Shown piece by piece: positions 60,147 through 64,000 of a DNA stretch of 64,000 nucleotides. The notes beneath the pieces were generated by a model. The model did no database searches. It had not been told where the DNA came from and worked only from the letters and a program-made list of their open reading frames with translations. Source of the stretch: Porphyridium purpureum. Lineage: Eukaryota. Positions within the stretch are counted from its first letter, which is position 1. Each line of letters starts with the position of its first letter. A program made the position numbers and the translations under genes. Location of the stretch: the NCBI GenBank assembly GCA_008690995.1, contig VRMN01000006.1:682001-746000 (forward strand). The letters run 5' to 3'.

Positions 60147-60737
60147 CTACGACCGGGCCAAGGATTCCGATGCCAACGGCGGATCTGTACTCCTGACAAT
60201 ATGCTTCTGTGCAGCCTTTCTCTCGAGCGCCAGTCGCAGACCTTCATTGAGGTCGAGGTTCGTTCGTCTCTGATGGTTGTATAGCCTCCTGAGATTGCGC
60301 AGCTCCATCTCGTCGGGCGACAGAATGGTCTTGTGCGTGTCGATCAGCTCAACAACGGCCATCTCAGCACAGTCGCCCTTGAAACCCCTGCCTCTGCGGA
60401 CTCCCGTTCGCAACACGCGCGTCACTGAACCACGCACATTCCGAAACCGCGGCACCAGCTCATGAACCAACTTGTTGAATGCCTCCTTGGTGAACAGGTC
60501 GCGCATCAGCAGGCCGCGCATGCTATACTTTGGCCGCTCCTGTTTCTCAAGCTTTCTGGTGATCCGCGTGGCCACAGAGACCAGGTGGTCGACGCGCCTC
60601 GAAGCATGCCTCGCGCGCTTCAACGTCGTCTCAAAGCGCTCTTGCTTGATCAGATACTCTGCCAGCTGCTTCCACAGCATGCGCGTCCGCTTGGGCGAGC
60701 CCAAGCTCTCCTTGTACCGCGCACGAACCTTGACCAT
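60147..60737 (-). CDS. RPL17: Organellar (probably mitochondrial) ribosomal protein bL17
   Basis: LIKQERFETTLKRA, KLVHELVPRFR, GDCAEMAVVELID. Confidence 0.85.
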   Translation of the reverse strand: MVKVRARYKESLGSPKRTRMLWKQLAEYLIKQERFETTLKRARHASRRVDHLVSVATRITRKLEKQERPKYSMRGLLMRDLFTKEAFNKLVHELVPRFRNVRGSVTRVLRTGVRRGRGFKGDCAEMAVVELIDTHKTILSPDEMELRNLRRLYNHQRRTNLDLNEGLRLALERKAAQKHIVRSTDPPLASESLARS

Positions 60738-61127
60738 GGCTGCTACGCGGCGTGGCGCGACGCGCTCTCCCTCTTGCCGCGCACGCGGCTTGCCAACCCT
60801 GGTCGACGCTTATACAATGAACCACAGATACAATCCACGCCGCTGCTTCCGCCGCCGTCGCCGCCGATGCCAGCGCCCGCCCTAGCGTATCTACGGCACT
60901 CACGTCTCCCGCTCTTCCGCGCATCGGCTGCGTCTCCATGCCGCCAGGCGCCACATGGCGGCGCTCACGTCTTTTTTATCGGTTTCGACATGTGGTTCAA
61001 ACCGTTTAGCCGTTTAGTCAAAGTCATTCTGAGCGAGACGGAGGTGATGTTGGTCTCGAGGTCTGCATTTGGGTCGCTGGTGTTTGTTTTATGGCTGTGT
61101 GCGTAGTGTGCGTCATGTGGGCAAGAA

Positions 61128-62894
61128 TCAGCCTATGATATCCTGTCTGATGTCTTCGCTCTGCTTTCGACTGAGACCAGGATTTGGGTTTGAGATTGCG
61201 CGGCGCGGGCTGGCGATGGGACTGCTGAATGGACTCAGCGCCGATGCTGCGGCGCCCGGGCCGGCCGCTGCCGCCTCAAGTGCGCCGTGTTGGAACTCAA
61301 AGTACGGCACGTCGAGCGCGTTGGCCGCGGTCATGCGCGTCTTCTGGTTGCGGTTCAGCATCTTGCTTAACAAAGCGCGCGCCTCCTTGTCTTCGACCGC
61401 GCTTAAATCGATCGGCATCGAGCGCACCTTCTCTAGCACCTCGTCCGACGAGTCGCCGTCAAACAGCTCCTTCCCGGTGTACACAAAGTAAATCACACAT
61501 GCTAGCGACCACACATCCGGCTCAACGCCGTACTCAACGTAATTGACTACTTCGGGAGCGATGTATAGCGGTGAGCCATACTTACCAGAGGTGGTCGCAT
61601 CCGGACGCTCGAGCACTTTTGACAAACCAAAGTCCGAGTACTTGCATTCCGGTATCACATCGCGCAGGTCGGCATCTTTGGATGGAGGCTCTGTGTTGGA
61701 CATTGTGCTGCCGCCGTAGTCGAGCAAAATGTTCTCTGGTTTGATGTCCCGATGGACTACAAGGTGTTCATGCAAATAAGCCAGACCTTCCACCAGCTGG
61801 TGGAAAATTGCCTTTTGCACGCGCGCGCTGAGCCCGCCCGAGTCAATGTACTTGTCCACAAGATCCTTCAGCGTACCGCCGGGCACGTACTCGAGGACCA
61901 TCACCGAATCCTTGCCGCGCGTGGTCAGGTCGTACGTAGCGACCACATTCGGATGTGACAATTTAAGATCATAAACCAGGCTCTCGTGCTTGAGGGTGAA
62001 CGCCGCGTCGCGATTGAATGGTCCCTTTCGTTTGATGATTTTGATGGCCACAGGGCGGTCGTCGACCTTGCGCCGCCCCGCACACACTTCAGAGAACATG
62101 CCTTCTCCGAGTACCCGATCCTCAAAAATCTCATAGCGCCTATCAAACTCCGTTTCTTGAATTGAGTCTGTGTCATGTTCGCCGAGGTCGGACTCAAAGC
62201 GCCGAAATGTCAGCTTGGACGTCAGCGCTTGTCGCACGCTTCTTTCGCGCGTATGTAGTGTTGGCGTCTTGCGGTCCCCAACAGAGCGCAAATTCTTCGA
62301 AGATGGCTCGCGCTCGAAGTCATCTGACATGTTGGAGAGGTCTACGTCAAGCGGTGGGACAGCCGGAGGAGTAGTGGAATTCCTGGACCGCGCTTCGCTC
62401 CCGAGGTCGATACTCTTTTCCTTCTTGGACATACCGCGTATCAAACTCGCGATCGACCGCTTTTCCTTGTCGTTCGCGCCGCTATGCGTTGCATCGTCCT
62501 TTGCGCGTGGCGCCGGGTCTGGCGAGGTGGCTGAGGTTCGCGACGATGATCCATCGTCATTAGAGCGAAACCGCCGCGAGAGCGCGGCAAAACTCCGATT
62601 TTGGGAGTCTCTGGCACCCGCCAATTCCGGCGGTGGTTCTGCCCACTTTAGGCCCTTGGTCTGCGATCGTGGGGGCGACTTGGATGTTGAAGCCAAATTC
62701 TGAGCTGCGGCACTGCCATCATTTTTCCGCGGCGACATTATGTTGATATCATTCGACAGCAGGCGCATTGGCTTCATCGTGACGGCCTTTGTTTTCGACG
62801 GCGAGAGCGGGGTGGGTGGCTTTGCTCTGGGAGCCGGGACGGTCCTTGAAGGAGACAGCGGCCGTCCATCCGACACGGCGTCATCACGATCCAT
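61128..62894 (-). CDS. CAMK-group Ser/Thr protein kinase with disordered N-terminus
   Basis: LGEGMFSEV, VAIKII, HRDIKPEN, DFGLSK, GSPLYIAPE, DVWSL. Confidence 0.92.
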   Translation of the reverse strand: MDRDDAVSDGRPLSPSRTVPAPRAKPPTPLSPSKTKAVTMKPMRLLSNDINIMSPRKNDGSAAAQNLASTSKSPPRSQTKGLKWAEPPPELAGARDSQNRSFAALSRRFRSNDDGSSSRTSATSPDPAPRAKDDATHSGANDKEKRSIASLIRGMSKKEKSIDLGSEARSRNSTTPPAVPPLDVDLSNMSDDFEREPSSKNLRSVGDRKTPTLHTRERSVRQALTSKLTFRRFESDLGEHDTDSIQETEFDRRYEIFEDRVLGEGMFSEVCAGRRKVDDRPVAIKIIKRKGPFNRDAAFTLKHESLVYDLKLSHPNVVATYDLTTRGKDSVMVLEYVPGGTLKDLVDKYIDSGGLSARVQKAIFHQLVEGLAYLHEHLVVHRDIKPENILLDYGGSTMSNTEPPSKDADLRDVIPECKYSDFGLSKVLERPDATTSGKYGSPLYIAPEVVNYVEYGVEPDVWSLACVIYFVYTGKELFDGDSSDEVLEKVRSMPIDLSAVEDKEARALLSKMLNRNQKTRMTAANALDVPYFEFQHGALEAAAAGPGAAASALSPFSSPIASPRRAISNPNPGLSRKQSEDIRQDIIG

Positions 62895-62967
62895 TCCCGC
62901 TTCCCACGCGTGATGCTCCCAGCCACTTGCCGACGCTCACACGCGCACAACGCGGCACTCTTCCGCC

Positions 62968-62990
62968 AATTCGAATTCGAATTCGAATTC
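62968..62990 (+). repeat. (AATTCG)n palindromic hexamer repeat upstream of the kinase
   Basis: aattcgaattcgaattcgaattc. Confidence 0.85.
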
Positions 62991-63702
62991 CAGTTCCTCT
63001 GCTACTCCAAATTCACATTCAACACTTCCTAAAGCGGCTTCCCAATGGTGCGCATTCAGCGAACCCACACACTGAGCTCCACGCAGAGCCTCTACCCACA
63101 CTCACTCTGTCTCTCTGTCTCTCTGTCACTCTGTACTCTCTGTCCCCCTCCGACCTCTTTCGCTCCTTCGCTTCGTCCTTTTTGCAAAAAATCCATTCGA
63201 ACTGTACCTACTTTCTACTAAATGAACCCATTCGGATCATATCTTCATTAATTAACGCGGCGCTTCGTTATTTTAACATGCGCGCTGTCAGTCCTTTGCT
63301 GCAAATAACCGCGGGCGTTGCTGGGACGCACACACACACACCACGCAGACAGTAAACGGTTTCGTGGATCGTCTATTAAATCAGGCTGGTTTATTATAAA
63401 CACTCTAAACGGTTCACCGAAAATGAGAAGTTAGCCGATATGGAGGGAAAAGAGGCGGTTCGGAGCAACGCGGGTCGTGGAGCGATCGCCGCGGCGCTCA
63501 TTTCGGTTGTCGATTGGCGTGGTGGTCGTGTTTGGACACGAAAATAAAATGTGCGTCGCGTGACGAACGGCGTTTCTCATGCACTGGCAACGCTCGTTTC
63601 AATCCAGAATTTCGCAAGCTGAAGCTTCCAGGCGGCGGTATGGCTTTCACATCTGCTGCCGCAATTGACAGTCGCGCAGCTTCTCGCTTCTTCGGACACA
63701 CA

Positions 63703-63749
63703 CGGTGTCGCGGTGTCGCGGTGTCGCGGTTTCGCGGTTTCGCGGTTTC
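63703..63749 (+). repeat. 8-bp tandem repeat CGGTGTCG x3 grading into CGGTTTCG
   Basis: cggtgtcg cggtgtcg cggtgtcg cggtttcg cggtttcg cggtttc. Confidence 0.85.
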
Positions 63750-64000
63750 AGTACGCATGCCCAAACGGTTTATTCTGTTAGGGTTAGCTTGCAAGACGCC
63801 CGCTGTTTAAGCGTTCAGTGAGCATATTGAAATAACGGCAAAACATCAGGACGGGGTGCGGCGTGACATCAGCCCGCGCCGTTAGGGTTCCTGAAGTACA
63901 CTGCTGTACTTCGCGGTACATGTGAGTACAGTGTCAGGCAGGTTTGTAACGGTCACGGCCGTTTTTTTGAAAATCGCGCAGGTGCCGCGGCGCGCCGTAA

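Noticed and set aside
15659..60737. Ribosome-biogenesis gene cluster (MRT4, LTV1, PWP1, bL17)
   Set aside because: Genes are widely separated by unrelated genes; plausible by chance in a compact genome
1..64000. Prokaryotic operon, defence system or CRISPR array
   Set aside because: The genes are eukaryotic (Nup62, SNAP, PP2A B'', Ltv1); no repeat-spacer array or cas-like ORF seen
1..64000. Numerous 60-370 aa antisense and alternate-frame ORFs
   Set aside because: Shadow ORFs expected in GC-rich coding DNA; they overlap well-supported genes and lack motifs
1..64000. tRNA, rRNA or intact transposable element
   Set aside because: No cloverleaf, rRNA signature, transposase/RT motif or terminal repeats recognised by eye; tRNAscan or Infernal could still find some

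Overview
Gene-dense, nearly intron-free eukaryotic nuclear DNA with about 34 protein-coding genes, short intergenic spacers and several plastid transit peptides of the M-x-A-F-V type. I infer a unicellular red alga, Porphyridium-like; this is not shown directly. Confident housekeeping calls are Nup62/Nsp1, alpha-SNAP, cobalamin adenosyltransferase, PI-PLC, MRT4, signal peptide peptidase, PP1, NAD kinase, LTV1, CLC, GGPP synthase, PP2A B'', CtpA, PWP1, bL17 and two kinases. No prokaryotic operon, CRISPR array or intact transposon was seen. Most interesting: (1) a plastid-type adenylate kinase fused to a thiamine-related Nudix domain with a degenerate catalytic box; (2) two unannotated genes about 16 kb apart sharing an unrecognised Cys-containing N-terminal domain; (3) a CLC lacking the gating Glu and central Tyr, whose first ATG overlaps that of the divergent neighbour in a single CATG; (4) a TMEM65 flanked by EF-hands; (5) a PH-bearing PLC with almost no X-Y linker; (6) a stop-free, in-frame 210-nt intron; (7) a recurrent intergenic GTACAG motif. 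All family calls come from motif recognition by eye; no searches were run.
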